From: an uncultured virus (IMG/VR IMGVR_UViG_3300031276_000162) | Taxonomy: Duplodnaviria > Heunggongvirae > Uroviricota > Caudoviricetes | Virus record (IMG/VR): IMGVR_UViG_3300031276_000162 | Length of the DNA: 64,000 nucleotides | Strand: one strand, 5' to 3' | In this document: in pieces, positions 30,067 to 39,116 of the stretch | Layout: each line of letters begins with the position of its first letter | Numbering within the stretch: the stretch's first letter is position 1 | Notes under the pieces: generated by a model | Told to the model about the DNA's origin: nothing | Database searches by the model: none | Seen by the model: only the letters and a program-made list of their open reading frames with translations | Translations under genes and position numbers: made by a program

Positions 30067-32082
30067 ATGGCTGGCAAACAAACGGTTGGGAAGGCGTTCC
30101 GTATCGGCAAGAAGGACGTGCGTGGCTACGGCTACGTGGATCCTCCGAGTCAGCGAAGGATGCGCCGCAACCCACCGGGCGTATCGGCAATCGCTGCAAT
30201 CAACGGCCCCGGTGCTTACCGGCGGCATGTTCGTAGTGCGCGGGAGGCTATGGCTGGCCTCAGCGCCAACAAGCGACGTGCGCGTGCACGCACCCTGACG
30301 CGCGCTGAAGGAAGTGCGTTCGCAAGTCGCATGGCAGAGGCCAAGTCCAGGAAGGCAGGAGACAAGATGCGCCGAAATCGTCAAACCCCAGCCCAGAAGC
30401 GGGCTTCGCTCAGAAACCTCGCCAAGGGACGTCGCAAGCAGCGCGGCGGCCGCCTGCGCAAGAACACGGCAAGTCTGAAGCGGCGCGCCGTCCGCCGGCG
30501 TCCGCTGCGGGCCAACCCGAAGAAGCGGCGCGCCACGCGCAAGACCGCTCCGAAGCGTCGGCTCCGCGCCAACGCCGCCAAGCGGCGCAAGACGACCACC
30601 CGCAAGCGTCGGACGCTGCGGCGCAACGCGCCCAAGCGTCGGATGAGCAAAGCCGCTCGCTCCGCTGCCGCGAAGAAGGGCTGGCGCAAGCGCAAGTCGC
30701 TGCGCCGCAACGCGCCGAAGCGCCGGACCACGGCCAAGCGCCGTCGGGCCGCCCCCCGCAAGCGTCGGAGTCTGCGCCGCAACGCGCCGAAGCGTCGCAC
30801 GAGCAAGGCCGCTCGCTCCGCCGCCGCCCGCAAGGGCTGGCGCAAGCGCAAGTCGATGCGTCGCAACGCGCCGAAGCGCCGGGCCACGTCCAAGCGGCGT
30901 CGGGCCACGCCGAAGCGTCGGAGCCTGCGTCGCAACGCGCCGAAGCGTCGCACGAGCAAGGCCGCTCGGTCGGCCGCCGCCCGCAAGGGCTGGCGCAAGC
31001 GTCGCGGTCTGCGCCGCAACGCGCCGAAGCGCCGGACCACGTCCAAGCGGCGTCGGGCCGCTCCGAAGCGCCGCTCGATGCGTCGCAACACCGGCAAGCG
31101 CCGCATGTTCCGTCGCAACCAGGGCGCCGTCGAGACGGCCAAGGCCGCTCTCATGGCCGGCGCGCTGATCACCGGCGGTCTGGTGGCCGAGAAGGTGCTC
31201 GCGAAGGTGCTGACCAGCCTGGTGCTGGACAAGGTGCTCGGCGACTCGCAGACCGGCGAGCCGGCGGCGGTGACCGGGCTCGGTGCCGTGGAGCCGTACA
31301 AGAACATCCTCGCTGGGGTGCTCGCGGCTTCGGCTGGCCTGGTGGCAACGCATTACGTGGTGAAGGACTCCGAGACCAAGGCGCTGATCGCCGGCGGCAT
31401 GGTCGCGGGGCTGCTGCACACCGTGGTGGTCGCTGGCCTCTCGCGCATGGGCGAGGGCTCGGCGGCGGGCTACCTGGCTGGTGCTGACGACGCGATGGCC
31501 GCTCGCTTGAGCGCCATGACCGGCTTCGGTGCGAGCCTCCAGCCGCGCTACGCGCAGGTCGCGGGGCTCGGGCGGCAGGCGCCGTTCGAGGCGTATGCCG
31601 GCGCCCCGGGCATGGGCGAGTACTTCGAGTCGGGCGTCGAGGGCATGGGCAACTACATGCCGAACGACGACATCCAGCAGGCCGCTGCTGGCTTCGGTGG
31701 CGCGGACGACGACTACCAGGGCACCCACATCAGCCCGGCCAGCGATCTGGACCGGCAGCTGAGCATCGCGGAAGCCGCAGCTGGCGTGGGGGCCTACCCC
31801 CAGATCCAGCAGGCGGCAGCCGGCATGGGCGAGTACTTCCGCCAGCCCGTTGCGGGCATGGGCGAGTACTTCCGCCAGCCGGTAGCGGGTCTGGGTGAAT
31901 ACCTGACCAGGAAGCCGGATGGCAGTGTGGTCAGCGCGGGTCGAGCAGACACGTGGGTCCCGGGGACCAGCGACCCGCAACTGTGGGCCGGTACCCGTGA
32001 GGTGCAACGGCTGCAGGAGAGTACGGCCATGACCCCGGCCGGCATCATCAGCACCGCGGGAGGCGACGGCATCTTCGGATAG
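30067..32082 (+). CDS. Arg/Lys-rich core-like protein fused to membrane helices and GMG repeats
   Basis: N-half protamine-like with many xRRN; hydrophobic helices; C-half AGMGEY repeats. Confidence 0.85.
   Translation: MAGKQTVGKAFRIGKKDVRGYGYVDPPSQRRMRRNPPGVSAIAAINGPGAYRRHVRSAREAMAGLSANKRRARARTLTRAEGSAFASRMAEAKSRKAGDKMRRNRQTPAQKRASLRNLAKGRRKQRGGRLRKNTASLKRRAVRRRPLRANPKKRRATRKTAPKRRLRANAAKRRKTTTRKRRTLRRNAPKRRMSKAARSAAAKKGWRKRKSLRRNAPKRRTTAKRRRAAPRKRRSLRRNAPKRRTSKAARSAAARKGWRKRKSMRRNAPKRRATSKRRRATPKRRSLRRNAPKRRTSKAARSAAARKGWRKRRGLRRNAPKRRTTSKRRRAAPKRRSMRRNTGKRRMFRRNQGAVETAKAALMAGALITGGLVAEKVLAKVLTSLVLDKVLGDSQTGEPAAVTGLGAVEPYKNILAGVLAASAGLVATHYVVKDSETKALIAGGMVAGLLHTVVVAGLSRMGEGSAAGYLAGADDAMAARLSAMTGFGASLQPRYAQVAGLGRQAPFEAYAGAPGMGEYFESGVEGMGNYMPNDDIQQAAAGFGGADDDYQGTHISPASDLDRQLSIAEAAAGVGAYPQIQQAAAGMGEYFRQPVAGMGEYFRQPVAGLGEYLTRKPDGSVVSAGRADTWVPGTSDPQLWAGTREVQRLQESTAMTPAGIISTAGGDGIFG
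30616..31090 (+). repeat. Three ~153-156-bp coding repeats (RRNAPKRRxSKAARSAAAxKGWRKR...)
   Basis: Units start near 30619, 30775, 30928. Confidence 0.85.
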
Positions 32083-32369
32083 ACGCTCGCCAGGGGCAGT
32101 GCCCGAGCGGATCGGTAGTCCGCCGCGGGGCCCCGTTGCACCGAGCCCGGTAGGGAGCACGCGAGTGCTACCCCCGGGCTCGGGGCATCAGGAATACCCG
32201 AAGCGAGCATGGTGCGAGCCCAAGGTTTCCGATCACGGCACCGAAGATGGAACAAGCGATCGTCAAACCGCTTCTCGTTGGATGGTGCAGTGGTGTGTCT
32301 GTTTGGCAGGGACGACGGGGAACCAGGCCCTAAGACGAAATTTGGTATCCCTGCTGAGGAGAGAGAATC
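32083..32369 (+). ncRNA. Candidate structured RNA / 5' leader
   Basis: ~290-nt intergenic; stem 32141-32150/32174-32183 with inner AGCAC-GCGA-GTGCT GNRA hairpin; second stem 32107-32123. Confidence 0.35.
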
Positions 32370-33122
32370 ATGGCCAAAGTTGTCAGCATGCGCGAGCGCG
32401 TTCACCAGCCGTTCTGGGATTCGCTCATTCGCACGGCGGGACTGACTGCGGGGACTGTCACCGACAGCACCAGTCTGTTCACGTCGAACGCGGCACGCAC
32501 GCAGGCTACGACGAACCTGATCAACGGCAGCACGCTGCCGTCCGACCAGTCCCACGTCGTGCTCGCGCTGCGGTGCTTCGCGTGGTACCGCAACCCCATC
32601 CGCCGGGTGCCCGGTGGTGGCACTGGGGAAGTCGCCGACAACGGCGACTACCTGCTGCTCGCCCCCTGGCTCGTTGGTGGTGCGGCGGTTGGTCAAGCTC
32701 CGGCAACGGTGCAGGACTACTATCGCATCATCTGGCAAACCGAGGAGCAGCTCCACTGGTCCTTCGGCACCGGCCTCAAGAACTCCATCGACAACATGCC
32801 GACCTGGTACTTCCCCGCAGGTGGGGGAATCAGTGGCGACATGGGTGGAACGACGGACCTGATCCACTGGCAGAATTCCGGCACCGACGGCCATTCGGGC
32901 ATCCTGCGCCTCGCGCGCGCGATCCTGATCCCGCCGCGCCAGAACATCCTGTGCAGTGCGACCATCTACGCTCTCCCCGACGGCGGGGCGGCGCAGACGT
33001 TCGGGACCACGCAGGGCAGCCGCAACATGCTGTCGCTCCGAGACAACCTCAACGCGATCGACGCGATGCAGAAGGTCATCACGTTCACGTTCGACGGTCT
33101 GTTCTCGCGAGACGTTCAGTAG
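32370..33122 (+). CDS. Candidate major capsid protein (single jelly-roll-like)
   Basis: Strong RBS, downstream hairpin, 250 aa beta-rich without TM, QPFWDS..LF..TN...G.LP pattern, follows the core-like gene; fold is inferred. Confidence 0.6.
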   Translation: MAKVVSMRERVHQPFWDSLIRTAGLTAGTVTDSTSLFTSNAARTQATTNLINGSTLPSDQSHVVLALRCFAWYRNPIRRVPGGGTGEVADNGDYLLLAPWLVGGAAVGQAPATVQDYYRIIWQTEEQLHWSFGTGLKNSIDNMPTWYFPAGGGISGDMGGTTDLIHWQNSGTDGHSGILRLARAILIPPRQNILCSATIYALPDGGAAQTFGTTQGSRNMLSLRDNLNAIDAMQKVITFTFDGLFSRDVQ

Positions 33123-33136
33123 TCACAACCGAGGCA

Positions 33137-33160
33137 GGCGGCCCGCTCGTGCGGGCCGCC
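33137..33160 (+). terminator. GC-rich hairpin after capsid candidate
   Basis: GGCGGCCCGC-TCGT-GCGGGCCGCC perfect 10-bp stem; no U-tract. Confidence 0.55.
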
Positions 33161-33256
33161 GCCGCGTAGCCTGAAAACCTCAACTTTCCACCCACGTCTC
33201 TCCGGCACAGCTTCTCGAAGCTGTTTTTCCTGGGGCAACCCAGCGTACAGGGACTC

Positions 33257-34222
33257 ATGATGACCCAAGTCAACCTTCAAGAACTCGCCCGCCAGGCCAA
33301 TTACGCCGCGCAGGTCGCGCGACAGGCGCAGACCGCGCTCGCGCAGGTCAACGCGGATCACGCCGCGCTGAAACAGGAGCTGCAGAAGCAACAGCAGGGC
33401 AACGAAGCGCTGCGCAATGCCCTCTCGCGCGTCGAGATCCAGAAGCAGGGCGGCGATCCGCACATCCAGCGCATCGAAAACATCCCCGGCGTCCGCGTGC
33501 CGTTCGATCTGTTGGTCGACATCGCGATTGCCGCCGGCAGCACCTCGGTGGTGCAGGGGTCGGTGACGATCCCGCAGGACGGACCGTTCGTGGCGGTGGC
33601 CCGGTATGCCACTCTCCTGTCGTCCTATGCCTTCTCGGTGACTCCGGTGGGCGGCGGCACGGCGGCGAGCTTTCGCGGCCGCAGCTACGGCCGCTACCGC
33701 CCGGTCAGCTCGGTGTGGGATCTTGGTGACTCGGTGCGCGCCAACCAGGTGGCCCAAGTCGGGCTGGCGTTCCCGGGCACCGGCGCCCCCTACATCGTCT
33801 CCCCGGCCAACGCCTCCCCCTTCCGCTCGATGGAAGGCGACTTCCGGATCCGGTTCGAGGCGACTGGCAGCGGCTTCCCGCGCTCCAACCTGGAGGTGCC
33901 CAGCCCGTTCTGGAGCCACGCTATCAACGAGCCCTTTGCGCTCGGGGCGCTTGACTTCTTCGAGCGCGGCAGCGTGCTGCAGTGGCGCGTCGCCCCCACG
34001 CACGAGAACAACCCGCAGTACGGCAACCTGTCGGGCTTCAGCGCCAACCCCAACTACCCGTTCCTCGACTCGGGCTTCGATGCCGTCGAGGGCATCGACG
34101 ACTCGATCCAGGAGCTGGGCTCCCAGACGACCGACCCGGTCATCCGGGTGGCCAACGCAGTGCTCACCATCGGGATGCACGGCTACATCGTCCGCCAGCC
34201 AGCCGGCGCCGGACAATACTAG
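33257..34222 (+). CDS. Candidate second capsid/vertex protein
   Basis: N-terminal coiled coil then beta-rich domain ending LTIGMHGY. Confidence 0.5.
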   Translation: MMTQVNLQELARQANYAAQVARQAQTALAQVNADHAALKQELQKQQQGNEALRNALSRVEIQKQGGDPHIQRIENIPGVRVPFDLLVDIAIAAGSTSVVQGSVTIPQDGPFVAVARYATLLSSYAFSVTPVGGGTAASFRGRSYGRYRPVSSVWDLGDSVRANQVAQVGLAFPGTGAPYIVSPANASPFRSMEGDFRIRFEATGSGFPRSNLEVPSPFWSHAINEPFALGALDFFERGSVLQWRVAPTHENNPQYGNLSGFSANPNYPFLDSGFDAVEGIDDSIQELGSQTTDPVIRVANAVLTIGMHGYIVRQPAGAGQY

Positions 34223-34251
34223 TCGGGGCCGACCTGGGGTAGAATAAACCC

Positions 34252-35160
34252 ATGGTAGCCTCCTGCCCGAACCCGGTTCAGTCACTCGCGGACGCCTTCG
34301 TCGAAGCGAACCCGCACCTGCAGCAGTCCGGGGGCGCCGCCGATGAGCCCATCACCGAGGGCGGCAGTGTGATGGTGGGCCAGCGCAACCAGGCCCAGCG
34401 CGTGATCCAGGCCGGCGGCATGCTGAGCAGCCTGCTGCTGCACCCCTCCATCACGCCGCTGGAGCAGATCTACCGCAAGCTGCCGCCCGACGGGGTGTTC
34501 GAGGCGACTATCCGCGAGCCGCTGACGTTCACCATCGGGGCGTTCACGGTGCCGCGGGGCCAGAGCTTCGTGCTGGCCGAGTACCGCTTTGACATCTTCC
34601 GCCTCGATGGCTCCGCAGCGGGCAACGCCGTGCTGCTGGAGGAGCGGCGGGTGCCCACCGTCATCGGCTACGATCTGCGGTTCGAGGAGTTCCGCAAGGG
34701 CAACCTCGACTACGAGATCCTGCCCATCAATCCGTCGTTCTCGGACGATCCCTCGTACGGGGGCGTCACCGGCACGGGCATCGATTTCCAGGCCCCGCAG
34801 GTGACGTTCCCCGTGAACTTCGACACCGCGACCCAGCAGCTCTTGCAGACCGTGTACGGTGCGCCGGGCACCGCCCCGGGCGTCGGCGCCCTCAGCGAGT
34901 CGGCGACCAACGAGCAGGGCTCGCGCGTGAGCGCGTCGGGCGCGGGCTCGGCGCTGATCCCGCAGGGGCAGCGGATGCAGGGCCCGAGCCAGTTCCCGTT
35001 CTCGTTCAAGCTCGACGCCAACCAGACGGTACAGCTGTCGGTCACGGCGTTCAGCCCGTGTCGTATCCCGATCGCGTTCTTCGAGACGCGCTTGAGCGGG
35101 TACCTGGTGCCCACCAACGCCATCAAGAAGCTGATGGCGGGAGTGGAGCCGCCATGGTGA
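34252..35160 (+). CDS. Candidate minor capsid/penton-like protein
   Basis: FTVPRGQSFVL, beta-rich, ends RLSGYL. Confidence 0.5.
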   Translation: MVASCPNPVQSLADAFVEANPHLQQSGGAADEPITEGGSVMVGQRNQAQRVIQAGGMLSSLLLHPSITPLEQIYRKLPPDGVFEATIREPLTFTIGAFTVPRGQSFVLAEYRFDIFRLDGSAAGNAVLLEERRVPTVIGYDLRFEEFRKGNLDYEILPINPSFSDDPSYGGVTGTGIDFQAPQVTFPVNFDTATQQLLQTVYGAPGTAPGVGALSESATNEQGSRVSASGAGSALIPQGQRMQGPSQFPFSFKLDANQTVQLSVTAFSPCRIPIAFFETRLSGYLVPTNAIKKLMAGVEPPW

Positions 35161-35338
35161 GGCGGGCAAGGTATCGGAGCGGCCGCTCCATTCGGCGCTG
35201 GCGCCTCAGCGGGATGGGGAGTGAAAACCTCATCCAAACTCGTGTCCTCGGCTCCTTTGGACGCGGCGTTTGCTGGGCGCTATCTTCCGACTGTTTGGGG
35301 CGGCCGCTTCCGTGTTCTCGCGACCGGGCAGGTGATCG

Positions 35339-36187
35339 ATGAGCGCTGTGGGTGCGTACTACGCGAGCAACCCAAACTGGCCGGCGTTCGGCCGCGCCGC
35401 TCAGGGGCTCGGCGGCGAGCAGGCCAACTTCGCCAACGAGATCATCACCGAGCTGCTGACCGGGGCGACGCTGGGGCGCTACTCACCGTGGGCCGAGCAG
35501 GTGAGCGACACGACGTGGCAGGAAGTGCCGCGCGAGTGGTGCTACACGCTCTTCCCCATCGACCAGGCGCTGCTCCAGGCGGCCGAGGCGGCCTCGTTCG
35601 GCCACCCGGTGCCGTTCGTGGCGCTGTTGTTTACCCAGCCCGCGACTCTCGAAGCCATCGATCGGGCGCTGCACGGCAGCCGCTACGTGCGCGACATCTC
35701 GCTTGGCATCTACAGTATCGAGCAGCCGGCCGTGGTGCCGCCCGTCCGCTTCCTGGTGCACACGCAGCACCGCGACACCCTGCCGGGCGACGGCGCGGGT
35801 GGCGGCCCGAAGAGCATCGACGCGGTGGCTCAAGAACTGGGCGGTCAGGTAGTGTTCGTGGGGCAGACGCCACTACCTGACGGGGCCCCCCGGCCCGGGG
35901 TGACCTTCCAGGAGGCGCTCGACCTGCAGCTGGGCGTGCCGGGCACGCAGCCCCCGCCCGGTGGCGGGACGGTGCCGGTGGGCCCCCCGCCCGGGGCGGA
36001 GGTCGTGCCCGCGCCGGCGGCCCCGGACTCGGGCGCGGAGCCGGCGAGCCTGGTGGTGGGGACCAAGCCGCGAGCCGATCAAGGTCGAAACGACCTGCTT
36101 GTGCTCGCACTCGTCGGCGCGGCCGCCGCCGGGCTGTTGTGGTGGGCGTCGCGGCGGAAGCAACCATCAACCCAGGCGGCAACCTAG
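35339..36187 (+). CDS. Tail-anchored protein
   Basis: AQGLG, Pro linker, TM plus RRK. Confidence 0.7.
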   Translation: MSAVGAYYASNPNWPAFGRAAQGLGGEQANFANEIITELLTGATLGRYSPWAEQVSDTTWQEVPREWCYTLFPIDQALLQAAEAASFGHPVPFVALLFTQPATLEAIDRALHGSRYVRDISLGIYSIEQPAVVPPVRFLVHTQHRDTLPGDGAGGGPKSIDAVAQELGGQVVFVGQTPLPDGAPRPGVTFQEALDLQLGVPGTQPPPGGGTVPVGPPPGAEVVPAPAAPDSGAEPASLVVGTKPRADQGRNDLLVLALVGAAAAGLLWWASRRKQPSTQAAT

Positions 36188-36189
36188 TC

Positions 36190-36306
36190 ATGGCCAGACG
36201 GATCCAAGCGGTGAGCGGTGTGGACATGGGTAGCAAGACGGTCGCATGGGTGCTCATCATCGGGACCGCCGCCGTGGTATTCTGGGCCACGCTAAGGAAG
36301 AAGTAG
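36190..36306 (+). CDS. 38-aa TM peptide (absent from ORF track)
   Basis: MARRIQAVSGVDMGSKTVAWVLIIGTAAVVFWATLRKK* fills the gap exactly. Confidence 0.6.
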   Translation: MARRIQAVSGVDMGSKTVAWVLIIGTAAVVFWATLRKK

Positions 36307-36315
36307 GAGGCGACT

Positions 36316-36717
36316 GTGTTTGACGGTGGCGGAACAGGTGGCGTGTTTGGAAGCGCTGGTGGTCTGGGAGACGTGCTGCCCGAGCACGTGCCCACCGAGG
36401 GCTTCGAGGATCTGATGGAGCAGGCCCCGGCGGTGGCGCCGGGTATGCAGCAGGCCGCCGCCGGCATGGGCCAGGTGCCGGCCTATCGCCCGCCGCGCGA
36501 GGTGCCGCGCCGCCAGCCCGCGCCGCAGATGCCAATGATGCCGCCGGGCGCGCCCCAGCAGGCCGCCGCCGGCATGGGCGCTTTCCAGGTGCCGGTGGGC
36601 GCCACCGGCGGCGGGACGAGCGGTGGGGCGCTCACGGCAGCGTTTCTGGGTGGCGTGCTGGTAGCCGGGGTGGGCTACGGCGCCTACCGGATCTGGCAGA
36701 ACCGCAACGGAGAGTGA
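36316..36717 (+). CDS. Tail-anchored protein with QQAAAGMG repeats
   Basis: AGGAGG RBS; shares QQAAAGMG with the 30067 protein. Confidence 0.75.
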   Translation: MFDGGGTGGVFGSAGGLGDVLPEHVPTEGFEDLMEQAPAVAPGMQQAAAGMGQVPAYRPPREVPRRQPAPQMPMMPPGAPQQAAAGMGAFQVPVGATGGGTSGGALTAAFLGGVLVAGVGYGAYRIWQNRNGE

Positions 36718-36720
36718 TGG

Positions 36721-36933
36721 GTGCGGGGTCTGTCAGCCACCGACGTACTGGCCATCGCCGAGGCCACCCGGCGCTTGGGGGTGAGTCCCGCCGGGCTGGC
36801 GGGCCGGCTCGCCGGGCTCGGCGCGGGGGAGCAGAAGCTCGTGCCGCCGTGGGGCTGGTACGGCGCTGCGGCCGTGCTCGGGATCGGGGTAGGCGTGGCG
36901 GTGGTGCGGTGGGCGGCGCCTCGTCTGAGCTAG
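36721..36933 (+). CDS. Small tail-anchored protein
   Basis: LAGLG then TM. Confidence 0.6.
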   Translation: MRGLSATDVLAIAEATRRLGVSPAGLAGRLAGLGAGEQKLVPPWGWYGAAAVLGIGVGVAVVRWAAPRLS

Positions 36934-36975
36934 AGGGGCAGTTTCTTGCTGCCCGCGGCGGTCCGCCGGTAGACT
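36930..36975 (+). promoter_or_regulatory. Putative late promoter, copy 3
   Basis: CTAGAGGGGCAGTTTCTTGCTGCC; TTGCTG-18-TAGACT. Confidence 0.55.
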
Positions 36976-37018
36976 CATAGTACAAACGCTGAGCAGCAGC
37001 GCAACGGAGACGGAAAAC

Positions 37019-37588
37019 ATGTCAGGCATCCTCGCGGGCGACACACTCCAGAAGATGAACGGGCGCGACTACAGCGCCCAGGGGACGCTCGGCTGCGTCG
37101 GCTGTGGAGCGGTGCTCCAGTCCGGCCCGGGCTTCTCCTTCAAGGATGGCAGCCTCGGCGGGCAGATGCAGACGGGCCCGGGCCGCGAGACTCAGGACGG
37201 CTCGCTCGGGGCGGTCCACCAAGGTGCGTCTGGCATCTGGGGCGCTGACGGTAGGTTCCATCCTGAGCAGTGGAGAAGTAGAGGCGGACGGGTGACTAGT
37301 GTGAACGATCCCACCAACCCGAGCACGTGGACTGTGCAGCCAGGACCGTCGCCGGCTCAGAGAGGCGCGCGCGGCTCGGCTCGGGCGAGAGCGGCAGCGA
37401 GAGGACGAGCTAGGGCGGCGGCTTCACGCGCGGCCAAATCACGGACTGCGGCGCGCTATGCGGCGCGCTATGCGCGACCGCGCGTGCGCTCCTTCAGCGG
37501 CCTCGGTCTCATCAACCTGAGCAGCGAGTTGCTCATCGGATTGGCCGCGGGCGCGGGCATCGGATGGCTGGTGCTCAGGAAGAGGTAA
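37019..37588 (+). CDS. DGSLG-repeat tail-anchored protein 1
   Basis: GPG..F/xKDGSLG twice, Arg/Ala-rich segment, FSGLG, TM. Confidence 0.75.
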   Translation: MSGILAGDTLQKMNGRDYSAQGTLGCVGCGAVLQSGPGFSFKDGSLGGQMQTGPGRETQDGSLGAVHQGASGIWGADGRFHPEQWRSRGGRVTSVNDPTNPSTWTVQPGPSPAQRGARGSARARAAARGRARAAASRAAKSRTAARYAARYARPRVRSFSGLGLINLSSELLIGLAAGAGIGWLVLRKR

Positions 37589-37594
37589 CAAGCC

Positions 37595-37867
37595 ATGCAG
37601 CTCGGAACTCTAGGCACAGGCCCCGGTCGCGCGTTCAAGGACGGTAGCCTCGGCGGGCAGATGCAGACGGGCCCGGGGCGGCAGTTTCGCGACGGCGCGC
37701 TCGGCGTCCAGGTCTACCGGCCCGGCCGGCTGAAGCCGCGCTACGAGCCGCTGCGTCGTAACCGCCGGACCATGGCGGGCCTCGGCCTCATCCGACTGAG
37801 CAGCGAGTTGCTCATCGGGCTGACCGCCGGCGCCGGGCTCACCTGGTGGGTGCTGAGGAAGAAGTAG
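37595..37867 (+). CDS. DGSLG-repeat tail-anchored protein 2
   Basis: DNA-level paralogue of 37019; LRRN and MAGLG. Confidence 0.75.
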   Translation: MQLGTLGTGPGRAFKDGSLGGQMQTGPGRQFRDGALGVQVYRPGRLKPRYEPLRRNRRTMAGLGLIRLSSELLIGLTAGAGLTWWVLRKK

Positions 37868-37877
37868 GAGACCGCGC

Positions 37878-38108
37878 ATGTACTTGGGCAACATAGGATC
37901 AGGTCCGGGTCGTTCGTACCGTGACGGCTCCCTGGGAGCTTCGACGCAGACGGGCGCTGGGCGGCAGTACCGTGACGGCTCGCTCGGGCTGTTCGAGATC
38001 GGCGGCGACTTCATCGTGGGCGCGGCGCTCGGCACCATCGGGGTCTGGCTGCTGATGCGCGGGCTGACGCTGCCGGGCACGAAGTCCGCCGCCGCGGCTG
38101 CCAGGTAG
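37878..38108 (+). CDS. DGSLG-repeat tail-anchored protein 3
   Basis: YRDGSLG twice; AGGAG RBS. Confidence 0.75.
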   Translation: MYLGNIGSGPGRSYRDGSLGASTQTGAGRQYRDGSLGLFEIGGDFIVGAALGTIGVWLLMRGLTLPGTKSAAAAAR

Positions 38109-38117
38109 GCGCCGCCG

Positions 38118-38387
38118 GTGCGCTCCGCCACGGTCACGGTCCTCGCCGCCGTCGGCGTCGTGGTCGCGGCCGCTGGCGTACTGGTGCTGCTGCCGAGCGG
38201 CCCGCCCACGGCGCGCTACCGGCTGGCCATCAGGCAGCCCGGGGGCGAGGTGCAGTACGAGGGCCCGGCCGAGTTGACCGAGGAGCAGGCCCTCAACTGG
38301 CAGCTCGACGCGCAGGAGGGCAGCTGGAACGCCCTGGTGACCCGCTATCGGTGGGATGTGGAAACAGCCGATTGGGTGGCCGTTTAA
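38118..38387 (+). CDS. Small N-anchored protein
   Basis: N-terminal TM. Confidence 0.55.
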   Translation: MRSATVTVLAAVGVVVAAAGVLVLLPSGPPTARYRLAIRQPGGEVQYEGPAELTEEQALNWQLDAQEGSWNALVTRYRWDVETADWVAV

Positions 38388-38463
38388 CCCGCCGCCCCGC
38401 CCACCCCATGCGTAGCGGGTCCGATGCTGGCCGTCTGGCCGCAGCGGGTGGTAGTCTGAACCC

Positions 38464-39105
38464 GTGGCTTGGTCGGCCAAAGACATCGCCGAGGCTGCCA
38501 GTCGGGTAGCGGTGGCATTTCAGGGTGCGCCCGTGGGGCTGCCCCGCCGGCTGTGGGATCAGCTCAGCCCGTGGCTGCAGCGCGTGACGCTGAGCGCGAC
38601 GGAGAAGGCTCTGCCGCACCTGCTGCACGAGGGCCTGTGCGACGTGCCGGTGTACGAGAACGGGCAGCACGTCGGCCCCTGCATCAACCAACCGGTGCTC
38701 AAGTGCGACATGTGCGGCCGGAAATGCTGCTTGGACCACTGCCGCATCGACCAGTACTGGGACGGCGTCTGCTATGCGTGCCTGATGGAATTCGCGGCCA
38801 CCAAGCGCGTGCAGGAAGTGCCGCCCCCGGGCCCGCGCCCGTGGGAGCGCGCTGCCGAGCAGCCGACGCCAGAGCAGCAGCAGCGCGCCGAGCGGGCAGC
38901 GGTGCGCGCGGCGCATCGGATGATCGGGGTGCGGATCGACGCGAGCGACGCGGAGGTCAAGGCGGCCCTGAAGCAGAAGCTGGCCAGCTGTCACCCCGAC
39001 CGGGTGCAGAGTGAGCGGGCCAAGCTCAAGGCCGAGGAGCGGTTCAAGCAACTCCAGGATGCGTACCGCGTGATCATGAAGTCACGCGGCCAGGCGGCAG
39101 CATAG
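38464..39105 (+). CDS. Zn-finger plus C-terminal J-domain protein
   Basis: CxxC clusters; ASDAEVKAA..CHPDR...AEERFKQLQDAY. Confidence 0.85.
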   Translation: MAWSAKDIAEAASRVAVAFQGAPVGLPRRLWDQLSPWLQRVTLSATEKALPHLLHEGLCDVPVYENGQHVGPCINQPVLKCDMCGRKCCLDHCRIDQYWDGVCYACLMEFAATKRVQEVPPPGPRPWERAAEQPTPEQQQRAERAAVRAAHRMIGVRIDASDAEVKAALKQKLASCHPDRVQSERAKLKAEERFKQLQDAYRVIMKSRGQAAA

Positions 39106-39116
39106 GAGCGCGAGCG

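Noticed and set aside
30067..31120. True histone H1/Hc2 homologue
   Set aside because: Only compositional similarity; fused to membrane helices.
29644..32160. 838-aa minus-strand ORF (and similar ones such as 6512-8566, 1370-2284)
   Set aside because: Antisense shadows of high-GC3 plus-strand genes.
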